Assembly (NCBI GenBank): GCA_965215125.1
Contig: OZ244052.1
Location: forward strand, 1,728,001 to 1,792,000
Direction of reading: 5' to 3'
Length of the DNA: 64,000 nucleotides
Source: an uncultured candidatus Porisulfidus sp.
GTDB taxonomy: Bacteria; Pseudomonadota; Gammaproteobacteria; Poriferisulfidales; Oxydemutatoraceae
Below are positions 49,856 to 62,403 of the stretch, one piece after another (positions within the stretch are counted from its first letter, which is position 1; every line of letters begins with the position of its first letter). The notes below the pieces were generated by a model. It worked only from the letters and a program-made list of their open reading frames with translations, had not been told where the DNA came from and did no database searches. Both the position numbers and the translations under genes were made by a program.

Positions 49856-50764
49856 TTAGATTTTGTACGAAGTTACGCCACTTGCCCAACTGGAGCAAGT
49901 GGCGGGTTTACTCGGTGGTTCTATCATTAGGATATTGTCGATCAAACGCGCTTTCCCTAGCCATGCGGCTGCCAGTATGACGAGAGGAAATTGTCTTCGG
50001 TATAGAGTTTTTAGCGAATGTGCGCATCTAATTTCTACATATTCGGTGTTTAAGCCCTCGGCCGTCATCAGTGCGGTAGCTTCTTTTTTCAAATTTTCTA
50101 AATCGTCTCTGCCTTGTTTTATGCAATCGGCTATCTGTTTTAAGCTACGGTATAAGATGGGTGCTTGTTTTCTCTCGTGTTCGGAAAGGTATGCGTTTCT
50201 GGAGCTCAACGCCAAACCGTCGTCGGCACGCACCGTTTCGACCGATATCACTTCAACGTTAAACGATAAATTGCGCACTAACTCTCTGACGATGCAAAGT
50301 TGTTGGTAATCTTTCTGCCCCAGCAGGATCACATCGGGTTGGAATATGTTTAATAGCTTGGCGACGATGGTTGCTACACCGTCAAAGTGTTTAGGCCTGA
50401 AAGCACCGCACAAATCATCAGACAAACTGCCGGCTATAACGCGCACGCCCGACGATAAATCTGTGCTGTGCATCTCTTCCGGTGTAGGCACAAAAGCAAG
50501 GTCTACCTTAAAACGCTGTAATGCTTCGGTGTCTTGTGCTTCGTTTCTGGGATAGGCTTGTAGGTCTTCCGTCTTGTCAAACTGCACGGGGTTGACAAAA
50601 ATACTCGCTGCAACTTTATCGGCAACATCGTGCGCTCGCTCAAGCAACTTAAAATGCCCTTCGTGTAAGGCACCCATCGTCGGCACGAACGCAACGCTTT
50701 GCGATTGTTGCTGCCATTGCGCCATTTGCTTGCGCACATGCATAATGTCTCTAGCAATAAGCAT
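49856..50764 (-). CDS. panC: Pantothenate synthetase
   Basis: PTMGALHEGH, SIFVNP.QF, RP.HFDGV, KDYQQ, LALSSRN, RLIDN. Confidence 0.95.
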   Translation of the reverse strand: MLIARDIMHVRKQMAQWQQQSQSVAFVPTMGALHEGHFKLLERAHDVADKVAASIFVNPVQFDKTEDLQAYPRNEAQDTEALQRFKVDLAFVPTPEEMHSTDLSSGVRVIAGSLSDDLCGAFRPKHFDGVATIVAKLLNIFQPDVILLGQKDYQQLCIVRELVRNLSFNVEVISVETVRADDGLALSSRNAYLSEHERKQAPILYRSLKQIADCIKQGRDDLENLKKEATALMTAEGLNTEYVEIRCAHSLKTLYRRQFPLVILAAAWLGKARLIDNILMIEPPSKPATCSSWASGVTSYKI

Positions 50765-50778
50765 GATAAAAAACGAGC

Positions 50779-51576
50779 TTAAGGCCTGGGAAAATGTTTT
50801 GTTTTGACCGCTCGTACATAAGCGATGAATGCTGCCGATATGGAATCTCTGCCGGTCAGGAAATTCTCGGCAAATTTCGGTGGATGGTTACTAATTCCCA
50901 AAACATCATACGATACGAGAATTTGTCCGTCGTAATCAATCCCCGATCCTATGCCGATGACCGGTACATCACTCATTGGACTAATCTGTTTTCCCAAGTG
51001 TTTAGCGGCACATTCAACCAATAACAAATCGGTACCCGCAGCGATGCAATCGTTCGCTTGTTGCAAAACCTTGTCGTTTGCTACTTTCGGCTTGGAAGAA
51101 GTGCAAGACGAATCGGTGTCGGTGATTGTTTGCGGGCAGAAACCGATATGTGCGCACACCGGTATTTTTTTATCGACGAGTGCTCGTATTACTTCTATGC
51201 TGGTAGCCGATACTATTTCAAGTTTTACCATTTCGGCACCTCCTTCGTCGATCAAACGTAGCGCATTATGCAAGCCTAAATCGACCGACGAATAGCTTGC
51301 ATAAGGCATGTCGGCAACGAAGAACGCTCGGTTTATATGGGGAGCAACGCACCGGCAATGATAGACCATATCGTTCATAGTCACCTTAGTGGTCGTTGCA
51401 CGACCTTGTACGACCATCCCTAGAGAATCTCCGACCAGCACGAGATCAATACCGGCATCATCTATGATGCGGGCAAAAGAGGCGTCGTAAGCGGTGAGGC
51501 AGGCAATCGGTTGATGCGATGCCTTCATTCGTTGCAAAGCAGTCAACGTTATTTTGCTATTGCGACTATTTCCCAT
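50779..51576 (-). CDS. panB: Ketopantoate hydroxymethyltransferase
   Basis: LTAYDA, LVGDSLGMV, ADMP, VEC, IGIGSG..DGQILV. Confidence 0.92.
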   Translation of the reverse strand: MGNSRNSKITLTALQRMKASHQPIACLTAYDASFARIIDDAGIDLVLVGDSLGMVVQGRATTTKVTMNDMVYHCRCVAPHINRAFFVADMPYASYSSVDLGLHNALRLIDEGGAEMVKLEIVSATSIEVIRALVDKKIPVCAHIGFCPQTITDTDSSCTSSKPKVANDKVLQQANDCIAAGTDLLLVECAAKHLGKQISPMSDVPVIGIGSGIDYDGQILVSYDVLGISNHPPKFAENFLTGRDSISAAFIAYVRAVKTKHFPRP

Positions 51577-52234
51577 GTTTCTTTAATTCATAAGGGGCTG
51601 GATTATAGTAATACTTTGCCGACTCTAAATTTAGAATACGCTCTTTGAGTCTATAGTATTCATCTTTATCGTTTATAAAGTCAACATCTACGGTGTTGAC
51701 GATCAATACCGGAGAGTCTTTATAATGATAGAAGAAATCGAGATATGCGTTGTCCAGATGGTTGAGATATTCTGCATCTATAGTCTGTTCAAAGGTTCGC
51801 CCACGCTTTCGTATACGCTCCATTAGTACCGACACCGGTGCCTGCAGATAAACGACTAAATCGGCTTTAATATTCGGGATTTGTAGGTTATGGTATATTT
51901 TTCGGTAAAGAGCAAACTGCTCGTCGTCTAATAAGAGACGGGCGAATAGTTGATCTTTTTCTAGCAAAAAATCGCTCACTATCATGGAATTAAATATATC
52001 TCTTTGTTGTAATTTTTGCAGGGCTTCTACACGCGACAGCAAAAAATATAATTGTGTGGGTAAAGAGAATTTTTTAATATCCTTATAGAATTGATGCAAG
52101 AACGGGTTTTGGTCTACTTGTTCGAGTAATAGCTCTGCGGAGAAATCGTCTGCGAGTTTGCGTGCGATACTAGTTTTTCCGACCCCGATAGGGCCTTCAA
52201 TGACGAGATAGTCTATTTTCTTTTTATTCGGCAT
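51566..52234 (-). CDS. Deoxynucleoside kinase family protein
   Basis: EGPIGVGKTS, TQL.FL..R, ERI.KRGR.FE; between folK and panB. Confidence 0.9.
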   Translation of the reverse strand: MPNKKKIDYLVIEGPIGVGKTSIARKLADDFSAELLLEQVDQNPFLHQFYKDIKKFSLPTQLYFLLSRVEALQKLQQRDIFNSMIVSDFLLEKDQLFARLLLDDEQFALYRKIYHNLQIPNIKADLVVYLQAPVSVLMERIRKRGRTFEQTIDAEYLNHLDNAYLDFFYHYKDSPVLIVNTVDVDFINDKDEYYRLKERILNLESAKYYYNPAPYELKKHGK

Positions 52235-52724
52235 TGCGAATTCTACGACATGTTTTGTCATCCCCCAGCGTAGCTAATAGATCGCAGACTTTTCCTTTGC
52301 CCGGAAGCGATAATCTGGGGGCAATTTCGGCAAGTGGCTTAAGCACGAAGAGACGTTTATCGGCAGATTGGTGAGGAATAGTTAGATTTTTGCTACGAAT
52401 AGATTTACTACCGTAAGCAATGATATCGAGATCTATATTTCTAGGTCCCCAGCGTAGTCCTTGGCGCACGCCTCGCCGCCGCCCGAATTTTTGTTCTATG
52501 TTTTGCAAATAATCGAGTAATGCAAGCGGTGCTAAACAAGTTTCTATCAGTATCACCCTGTTGATGTAGTCGGGTTGTCTCGACGGTCCTAGCGGACAAC
52601 TGCGGTACACACTTGAACGGGCGATTAATCTGCTCGCCGGTAGACAGGCGATTTTTCTAATCGCTGCGCTTAAGGTGGTAATGGGTGACCCCAAGTTTGC
52701 ACCCAATGCAATCGCCGCTAACAT
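52224..52724 (-). CDS. folK: HPPK (6-hydroxymethyl-dihydropterin pyrophosphokinase)
   Basis: IALGANLG, QPDYIN, RWGPRNIDLDI, PH....RLFVL.PL. Confidence 0.94.
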   Translation of the reverse strand: MLAAIALGANLGSPITTLSAAIRKIACLPASRLIARSSVYRSCPLGPSRQPDYINRVILIETCLAPLALLDYLQNIEQKFGRRRGVRQGLRWGPRNIDLDIIAYGSKSIRSKNLTIPHQSADKRLFVLKPLAEIAPRLSLPGKGKVCDLLATLGDDKTCRRIRNAE

Positions 52725-54007
52725 TGCACGCTTTGTTTTGCGTGTTTGGAATATTTGTATTTGTTATACTTTTTGGTCTTGTCCGCTATCATTAAATCGC
52801 GTTGTTTCTTGTTAAGTTGTTGAAATTTTTCCCACCATTTGTAATTGCTTATATCTGCTAGTTCGGCCCTGGATAGTAAGCCTAAAAAGTCATAGGCGGC
52901 ACGAAAACGTCGGGCGTCGATTAATCTGTTGATTTCTTTTTTGTTTCGGCTACTAAAATAAGGTTGCAAATTATATATATCGTATATGGTATTCAATACG
53001 TATCTAGGTATGGCGATGCGTGAACGTTGTATCATGGCAACCTCGTTGATCTTTTTTTCTCTAATTTTAGCAAGATCTGCTCTCCTTACCGATTGTTTTC
53101 CTACTCTGATGTATATGGGTAACCACCATAAACCGGCGATTATAAATGCCGGTGTCACCGGCTCCGATAAAGCGATTCGCGTGTCGGTAGCACTAAATAG
53201 GAGTTTCAAGAAATGCTTAAAATTATCGGCTTTGGGATGGTGTTTCATCGCGTCTGCGGTTTGAGGGAATAGTAGTTCAAACAACCCGAAGTGTTTAAGT
53301 CTTTGAAAAAGCCCGAGTGATGTGCCACAGCAGAATAATTTTTTACATTCCTCGAACAAACGAGCGTGTGGTATGTTCAATAGTAATGCACGGTTTGGAA
53401 TAATCTGTGCTTCGGTCTCGGTTTCTAGGTTTAAGTCGAGCTTTGTTGCCAAGCGCAAGCCTCTTAAAATTCGTACCGGATCTTCTTGGTAGCGTTGCAA
53501 CGGATCGCCGATTACACGAAGGCATTTATTCTCTAAATCCGATATTGCTTGCGGATGGCATATCAGCTCGTCGCTGAAAGGGTCGTAATACATTGCATTA
53601 ACCGTGAAATCACGGCGCATCAAATCTTCATCCAAAGTGCCGTATTTATTGTCTTCGGCGATGCACCATTTTTTTACGGAAAGATTCTCTCGTTCTTTAT
53701 CCGAGTGGCTTGCTCTAAATGTTGCCACTTCAAATATATGTTGGTTGTAGAATACGTGCGCTAGCCTAAACCGTTTGCCGATCAGCCTGCATTGCCCGAA
53801 TAAGCGGCGGATTTTTTCGGGATGTGCCGAGGTGACGATATCAAAATCTTTGGGTTGTCTACCCAATAATAGATCGCGTACTCCGCCGCCTACGATATAA
53901 CTACTGTAGCCTGCTTTCTGCAGTATCTTTAATACTTTCAGTGCTTCTTTTGAAATGCAATCAACCGATAGACCTAAATCACACCCTTGTCTACGATCTG
54001 TAATCAT
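52718..54007 (-). CDS. pcnB: Poly(A) polymerase I
   Basis: VGGGVRDLL..PKDFDI, LIGKRF.LAHV (PAP I signature), RRDFT, EDPVR. Confidence 0.94.
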   Translation of the reverse strand: MITDRRQGCDLGLSVDCISKEALKVLKILQKAGYSSYIVGGGVRDLLLGRQPKDFDIVTSAHPEKIRRLFGQCRLIGKRFRLAHVFYNQHIFEVATFRASHSDKERENLSVKKWCIAEDNKYGTLDEDLMRRDFTVNAMYYDPFSDELICHPQAISDLENKCLRVIGDPLQRYQEDPVRILRGLRLATKLDLNLETETEAQIIPNRALLLNIPHARLFEECKKLFCCGTSLGLFQRLKHFGLFELLFPQTADAMKHHPKADNFKHFLKLLFSATDTRIALSEPVTPAFIIAGLWWLPIYIRVGKQSVRRADLAKIREKKINEVAMIQRSRIAIPRYVLNTIYDIYNLQPYFSSRNKKEINRLIDARRFRAAYDFLGLLSRAELADISNYKWWEKFQQLNKKQRDLMIADKTKKYNKYKYSKHAKQSVQC

Positions 54008-54009
54008 TT

Positions 54010-55449
54010 TTATAAATGCTTAGAGCGCATTACCAGCATTTTCTCCAGTTGCATATCTTCTATGGTGTACGGAATGCCACCGGTTCCATACCCCGAGTGC
54101 ATGCGCCCGAAAAAAGGCATCCAGTCTACTCTGAATGCGGTATGCTCGTTGATCATTACCGCAGTTGCATTGAGGTGTTTTGCACAATACCACGCATTAT
54201 CCATATTGCGAGTGATTACTGCAGCTTGAAATGCAAAGGGCAAAGTGTTTGCGCGACTCAATGCATCGTCCACATCGTCAAAAGCATATATGCAAATCAC
54301 CGGCCCGAATAATTCTTCACGACTAACCTCTGCGGTGTCGGAAGGATTGAGTAGTACCGTACATTGATACGCGGTATCCGAAAAACGTTTGCCGCCGGAT
54401 ACGAGCTGTGCGCCGTCTGCGACGGCATTCTGCACCCAACGGTCGACCCGGTCAACCTCGCTTCGCTTAATTAACGGACCGACTTCGGTATCCGCTTCGG
54501 TAGGGTCACCTATTTTCATTTTCTGCCCTAGCTTGGCTAGACGCGTTGCCACTTTATCGGCAATGGAACTGTGTGCGTAAACGCGCTGTACCGATACACA
54601 AACCTGACCGGCATGATAAAAGCCACCTTTGGCAAGGCGAGGCAAGTTGTCGTCTAAATCTGCGTCGTCCATGATAATCACCGGTGCTGCACCACCGTGT
54701 TCCAACGCACAACCGGCACCCGCAGGCAATTTTGAACGCAAGGACCAGCCGACTTTTGCACTGCCTATAAAGCTCAAAAACGACATGCGCGGATCGGAAA
54801 CTAATTCGTTTGAAGTTTGATGATCCTTGCTCAGTAATGCTTGGCAGTATGCTCGTGGTAATCCTGCCTCGTAAAACAACTCTACTAAAGCAAAGCACGA
54901 CAAAGGTGTTACCTCAGCAGGTTTGACGATTACCGGGCATCCTGCAGCAATCGCCGGACCTATCTGATGGGCGATTAAATTCACCGGATGGTTGAATGCG
55001 CTGAATGCTACAACCACACCGCGCGGTTCCTTGATAGTAAAAGCGAGATGTCCCTGAGATGGTGCGTTGACATCCATAGTGATACGCCTACCGTCGGCTT
55101 CGCTACTACGCAGATAATCAATGCAACTTTGCAAAGATATCACCGCTCTATTCAATTCAACCTTTGAATCAATCAGCGGTTTGCCGCCTTCTGCAGCTGC
55201 TTGTGTTGCAAGTTCATCTTTGTGTTTGTCTAGTAAAAAGCAAACTTTTTCTAGTATTTCTATGCGCTGCGCACGAGGCAACCAAGCACTTTTATCGCCA
55301 AAAGTTTTATACGCAACATCTAGCGCACCCAATGCAGTATTGCTATCTACCACGCCTACGCGAGCAATAGGTTGCTCATCCCAAGGTTGCACGACTTCTC
55401 TATAGTCACAAGCCTTTCCATTGACCAGCAAAGGTTCTATCACTCGCAT
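54010..55449 (-). CDS. NAD(P)-dependent aldehyde dehydrogenase
   Basis: AFNHP, FIGSAKVG, LEHGG, GQVCVS, EELFGP; SD AGGGAAG before ATG 55449. Confidence 0.9.
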   Translation of the reverse strand: MRVIEPLLVNGKACDYREVVQPWDEQPIARVGVVDSNTALGALDVAYKTFGDKSAWLPRAQRIEILEKVCFLLDKHKDELATQAAAEGGKPLIDSKVELNRAVISLQSCIDYLRSSEADGRRITMDVNAPSQGHLAFTIKEPRGVVVAFSAFNHPVNLIAHQIGPAIAAGCPVIVKPAEVTPLSCFALVELFYEAGLPRAYCQALLSKDHQTSNELVSDPRMSFLSFIGSAKVGWSLRSKLPAGAGCALEHGGAAPVIIMDDADLDDNLPRLAKGGFYHAGQVCVSVQRVYAHSSIADKVATRLAKLGQKMKIGDPTEADTEVGPLIKRSEVDRVDRWVQNAVADGAQLVSGGKRFSDTAYQCTVLLNPSDTAEVSREELFGPVICIYAFDDVDDALSRANTLPFAFQAAVITRNMDNAWYCAKHLNATAVMINEHTAFRVDWMPFFGRMHSGYGTGGIPYTIEDMQLEKMLVMRSKHL

Positions 55450-55468
55450 AACTTCCCTCCTTATTCGA

Positions 55469-57124
55469 TTAAATCGGGCATACAAGTTTTCCCATCTTTT
55501 CGGTAAATTGCATATTGACCGAATAGTCCACCGGACAGTCAATAACTGCAACCGTACCACAGTCTCGGGCTTCACTAATAACCGATTGCAAATCACTTGC
55601 ATCTTCTACACGAAAACCTCTGGCACCGAAGCTCTCGGCGTATTTAACAAAATCGGGGTTATTAAATTCAATATGACTCGGCCGACCAAACTCCTTTTGT
55701 TGATGCCACCTTATCAAACCGTATTCGTCGTCTCTCCAAATCATCACGATAATCGGTATGCCGTAACGCATTGCCGTTTCCAGTTCTTGCGAGTTCATCA
55801 TAAATCCGGCATCGCCGGTAATAGTCAGTACCGTACGCTCCGGATGAATCATCTTGGCCGCAATCGCACCCGGCACACCGATGCCCATAGAAGCGAAACC
55901 ATTGGAAATGATACAAGTATTCGGAGCTTCCGCTTGATAGATGCGGGCAATCCACATTTTATGCGCACCTACGTCCGAGATCAGTATATCTTCGGTATCT
56001 AGTACCTGCCGAACATCCCACAGTATCTTTTGAGGCTTTACCGGGCAGCCGGTATCGTTTGCACAAGCCCAAAAATCTTCCTCTATCATTGTCTTCAGGG
56101 TTTTTCTATAGCTGGAACTATAGTTCGCATCGGTGCCGCCCTTTGCGAGGATGGCTTGTGCAAGTTGTTCCAGCGATGAAGCGATATCGCCGAGCACTCT
56201 ATACTCGGCATTATAGTGGTCGTCTACTTCGGCAGGCGTGGCATCTATATGGATAATGTGTTTGTCTTTGTCGGGGTGCCACAAATAAGGATGGTACTCA
56301 ACCATGTCGTAGCCTATACAGATTACTACATCGGCGCGTTCAAAGCCGCAAGTTGCATAATCTCTTGCCTGCAGGCCGACCGTTCCGATGCTGAGCTCAT
56401 GGGAAAATGGCACACAACCTTTGGCCATAAAAGTATTGACCGTCGGAATATTCAGGGTTTCTATAAATTTAATAAGTTGGGTACAAGCCTTGCCTCTAAT
56501 CACGCCGTTGCCTGCCATCACGATAGGGAATTTGGCTTTGGCTATTACTTCGGCAGCCTCGTCTATCAAATCGGGTTGTGCCACCGTCATCACCGGATCT
56601 CTAATCGGCAAAGGTTCACATCCGGTAATTTCTTCGGCAGCGATATTCTCCGGCACATCAATAAAACATCCGCCCGGTTTCTCGGTTTTGGAAACCTTAA
56701 ATGCTTTGCGAACTATTTCCGGTATGACTTCGGGATCACGGACTCCGATACTGTATTTAGAAATGGGCTGAAACATTCTAACCAAATCTAGGATTTGATG
56801 GCTTTCTTTGTGCATTCTGGTAGTTGCACCTTGTCCGGCTACTGCGATAATCGGTGCATTATCCATATTGGCATCGGCAAAGCCGGTCACTAAATTGGAA
56901 GCCCCCGGACCTAAAGTTGCCATACAAACTGCCGGATGACCTGTCAGACGTCCGTATACATCCGCCATAAATGCAGCCCCCTGCTCGTGGCGAGTCAAAA
57001 TAAATTCTATGGGACTATCCAGCAATACATCCATCAGGTGAATATTCTCTTCGCCCGGAATACCGAAGATATACTCTAAGTTCTCGTTTTCAAGGCAACG
57101 AATAAAAAGTTCGGCTGCGTTCAT
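55469..57124 (-). CDS. ThDP-dependent acetolactate-synthase-like enzyme (no small subunit adjacent; resembles 2-oxoglutarate decarboxylase OgdA)
   Basis: FGIPGEEN, RHEQGAAFMA, DVGAHKMWIAR, GDAGFMMN ThDP motif. Confidence 0.88.
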   Translation of the reverse strand: MNAAELFIRCLENENLEYIFGIPGEENIHLMDVLLDSPIEFILTRHEQGAAFMADVYGRLTGHPAVCMATLGPGASNLVTGFADANMDNAPIIAVAGQGATTRMHKESHQILDLVRMFQPISKYSIGVRDPEVIPEIVRKAFKVSKTEKPGGCFIDVPENIAAEEITGCEPLPIRDPVMTVAQPDLIDEAAEVIAKAKFPIVMAGNGVIRGKACTQLIKFIETLNIPTVNTFMAKGCVPFSHELSIGTVGLQARDYATCGFERADVVICIGYDMVEYHPYLWHPDKDKHIIHIDATPAEVDDHYNAEYRVLGDIASSLEQLAQAILAKGGTDANYSSSYRKTLKTMIEEDFWACANDTGCPVKPQKILWDVRQVLDTEDILISDVGAHKMWIARIYQAEAPNTCIISNGFASMGIGVPGAIAAKMIHPERTVLTITGDAGFMMNSQELETAMRYGIPIIVMIWRDDEYGLIRWHQQKEFGRPSHIEFNNPDFVKYAESFGARGFRVEDASDLQSVISEARDCGTVAVIDCPVDYSVNMQFTEKMGKLVCPI

Positions 57125-57291
57125 TATTTGTCTCCTATACTATGCAACACCAATAGGGTTATGGATGTTACCGTGTGCTTTCTAATGCAAAGAGGGAATG
57201 AAGGTATATTATATCATACCATTGAGCATGTTGCTCTGTTTTTCAACAGCATTAGACTACTACTTTGCGCTTACATAGGAGCGGCAAGCTA

Positions 57292-58432
57292 TGTACAATG
57301 CCAGATACATATTGGACTCTTTAGAACCTAATCTTTCCACTAGGAAAAGTACTTTTCCTAGTGGAAAAATACCTCTTAAATCAAAGTAGCCGACATGCAA
57401 AACCAGCACATCGGCTACCGCATTACAGGTTTTTATAAAATAGCCTCTTTTTCCAACAAAACGGAGGCTATGATGGCAACAGATGCCAAACAAAAACTTA
57501 ATGCATTAGAATTTTGGAACAAACACGGCTTAAACGCAACCCAAGACTTTGTCGGGGTGAGCCGTTCCACCCTATACCGCTGGAAAAAGTGCTTTGACGA
57601 GGGCGGTGTATCCGCTTTGCGAGACGCAAGTAAAGCACCTCGGCAGCATCGTCGCCGTAATTGGTCTACTCACATCAGCGATGAGATTAGGCGACTGCGA
57701 CACAGCTATCCGAATATGGGTGCGCCGAAGATTTATTACTTCTTAAAGCCGTGGTGTGATGCACGCGAACTGCAGTGTCCGAAGCCGCGCACCATTGCAC
57801 GGTTGATTGCCGATGCATCCGACAACATGCGCTGTTCGCCCCCTAAACTCTCTAAAAGAAAACACAAATGCAAGACTTCTCAACCACGCAACCGTCTCAG
57901 CAAAGATGCCAAAGCGCAATTTCCCGGACACTGCGTGGCTATGGATACTATCCATTATTTCGTTAATCGAACACGCTATTATCTGTTCACTGCGATTGAC
58001 CACTACAGCCGTTTTGCCGTTGCCATTACCTGCCGACGCGCCCACAGTAAAAATGCTGCGACATTCGCAAGATTGGTGGACACGGTATTCCCCGGCAACC
58101 TCTCTCAAGTACTGACCGACAACGGGAGCGAGTTTGCCGGCGACTTCGAGGCTTATCTACAACGACACAACATTAAACACTGTTATACTTATCCTCGTTG
58201 CCCGAAAATGAATGCCATAGACGAGAGATTTAACCGTACCATTCAGGAGGAGTTTGTAGCACATCATGAGGATATTTTAGTGACCGATTTAGCACAATTT
58301 AACGACGTATTATTTGAGTATCTCGGGCGGTATAACTTCAGGAGACCGCACCAAAGTCTAGCCTATAAAACACCGGCACAACAGCTTGCTTCCTTTTGTC
58401 CCCATTTGTCCAATATGTCATGGCATCGTACA
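57292..58432 (+). mobile_element. IS481-family insertion sequence
   Basis: TGT...ACA ends; imperfect ~25-bp IRs (TGTACAATGCCAGATACATATTGGAC / GTCCAATATGTCATGGCATCGTACA); AGCTA duplicated at 57287-57291 and 58433-58437. Confidence 0.9.
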
Positions 58433-58447
58433 AGCTATTGCATATAA
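57395..58447 (+). CDS. IS481-family DDE transposase
   Basis: HTH (VSRSTLYRW), MDT, TDNGSEF, ERFNRT, YN..RPHQSL. Confidence 0.93.
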   Translation: MQNQHIGYRITGFYKIASFSNKTEAMMATDAKQKLNALEFWNKHGLNATQDFVGVSRSTLYRWKKCFDEGGVSALRDASKAPRQHRRRNWSTHISDEIRRLRHSYPNMGAPKIYYFLKPWCDARELQCPKPRTIARLIADASDNMRCSPPKLSKRKHKCKTSQPRNRLSKDAKAQFPGHCVAMDTIHYFVNRTRYYLFTAIDHYSRFAVAITCRRAHSKNAATFARLVDTVFPGNLSQVLTDNGSEFAGDFEAYLQRHNIKHCYTYPRCPKMNAIDERFNRTIQEEFVAHHEDILVTDLAQFNDVLFEYLGRYNFRRPHQSLAYKTPAQQLASFCPHLSNMSWHRTSYCI

Positions 58448-58465
58448 TTTATGTTTGTATATAAT
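58438..58465 (+). promoter_or_regulatory. rrn P1-like sigma70 promoter
   Basis: TTGCAT-16 bp-TATAAT followed by AAACGCCC, about 150 bp upstream of tRNA-Ile. Confidence 0.65.
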
Positions 58466-58613
58466 AAACGCCCTTGCATAGATTATGGCTTTGGGTTTCG
58501 CCTTATATGTTTGACGATGAGGGTCTAGACTTCGGTTGTTGCCGGCTACGGACTGAATGTAGCACAATGGTTATCCGTTAACAACTAACACGAATTGTGC
58601 CAATTTGTTCAAC

Positions 58614-58690
<77 letters not shown>

Positions 58691-58761
58691 AATTAGGAAC
58701 CTGCGTTTCAATGTGCTGGGTTGAAGCATTAAGTTGCTCGGGTTTGAAAGTGATGCAGTGT

Positions 58762-58837
58762 GGGGCCGTAGCTCAGCTGGGAGAGCACCTGCTTTGCACG
58801 CAGGAGGTCAGGAGTTCGAGCCTCCTCGGCTCCACCA
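58762..58837 (+). tRNA. tRNA-Ala(TGC)
   Basis: Canonical cloverleaf, TTTGCAC anticodon loop, G3:U70 pair, encoded CCA. Confidence 0.97.
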
Positions 58838-59072
58838 TTAACCGGGTGCGAATAAAATTGCTTTTGCAATTATGCGGCAGCAATTTTATTCACATTTTGA
58901 GTGTGAAGGTTTTTTTACAATAGAATATTATAGTCAAGGATATACATTGATGTATATGTATGTATATTGCTAATTAATTATTAGTTTCAATTGTTAGTTC
59001 TTAAGATGATAATGGCAAACATTTCGATATATAGTTTATAGCTATATGACGCGAGATTGTTTGAGGTTATAA

Positions 59073-61957
<2,885 letters not shown>

Positions 61958-62020
61958 TATAACACTCAAACAATTTTGAGCTTGAGGCATATAACAATTG
62001 AATCAATATACGAATAGAAT

Positions 62021-62049
62021 CGCCGTTTGTTGCAGTAGCACAAACGGCG
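62021..62049 (+). terminator. GC-rich hairpin after 23S, putative terminator
   Basis: CGCCGTTTGT-TGCAGTAGC-ACAAACGGCG; weak U-tract. Confidence 0.45.
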
Positions 62050-62247
62050 CGACTTTGTGCTAGGCAGATAATTTTCCAATGGTCGCAAGTTGAAAAGGCA
62101 CGGTTAATTCATTTACTTGTGACATTTCTTAACACTTGCAAAAGACAGTATATAAACTGACGTTCTCCCCAAATTTATTACCAATGTTAAAGTCAGTTTT
62201 TCCGATAAACTAGAGAAGTTAAAAACATTACAGGAGAACTTAACATG

Positions 62248-62285
62248 AATAGAACCGCCGATTGAATTTGTAGGTCAATCGGCGT
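62248..62285 (+). repeat. Module B hairpin (partial)
   Basis: AATAGAACCGCCGATTGAATTTGTAGGTCAATCGGCG. Confidence 0.8.
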
Positions 62286-62403
62286 TTCAATGTCCACTTC
62301 TACGGATGGATTAGAAAATAATTTTTCAGCGGTCCCATTCCTTCTTTTGAAAGGGTAGGACAACATGCCTTCTCTCAAAAAAAATGATTCGCACTCACAA
62401 AAG

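Noticed and set aside
57292-58432. IS481-mediated deletion of the 16S gene
   Set aside because: Matching target duplications on both sides indicate a simple insertion.
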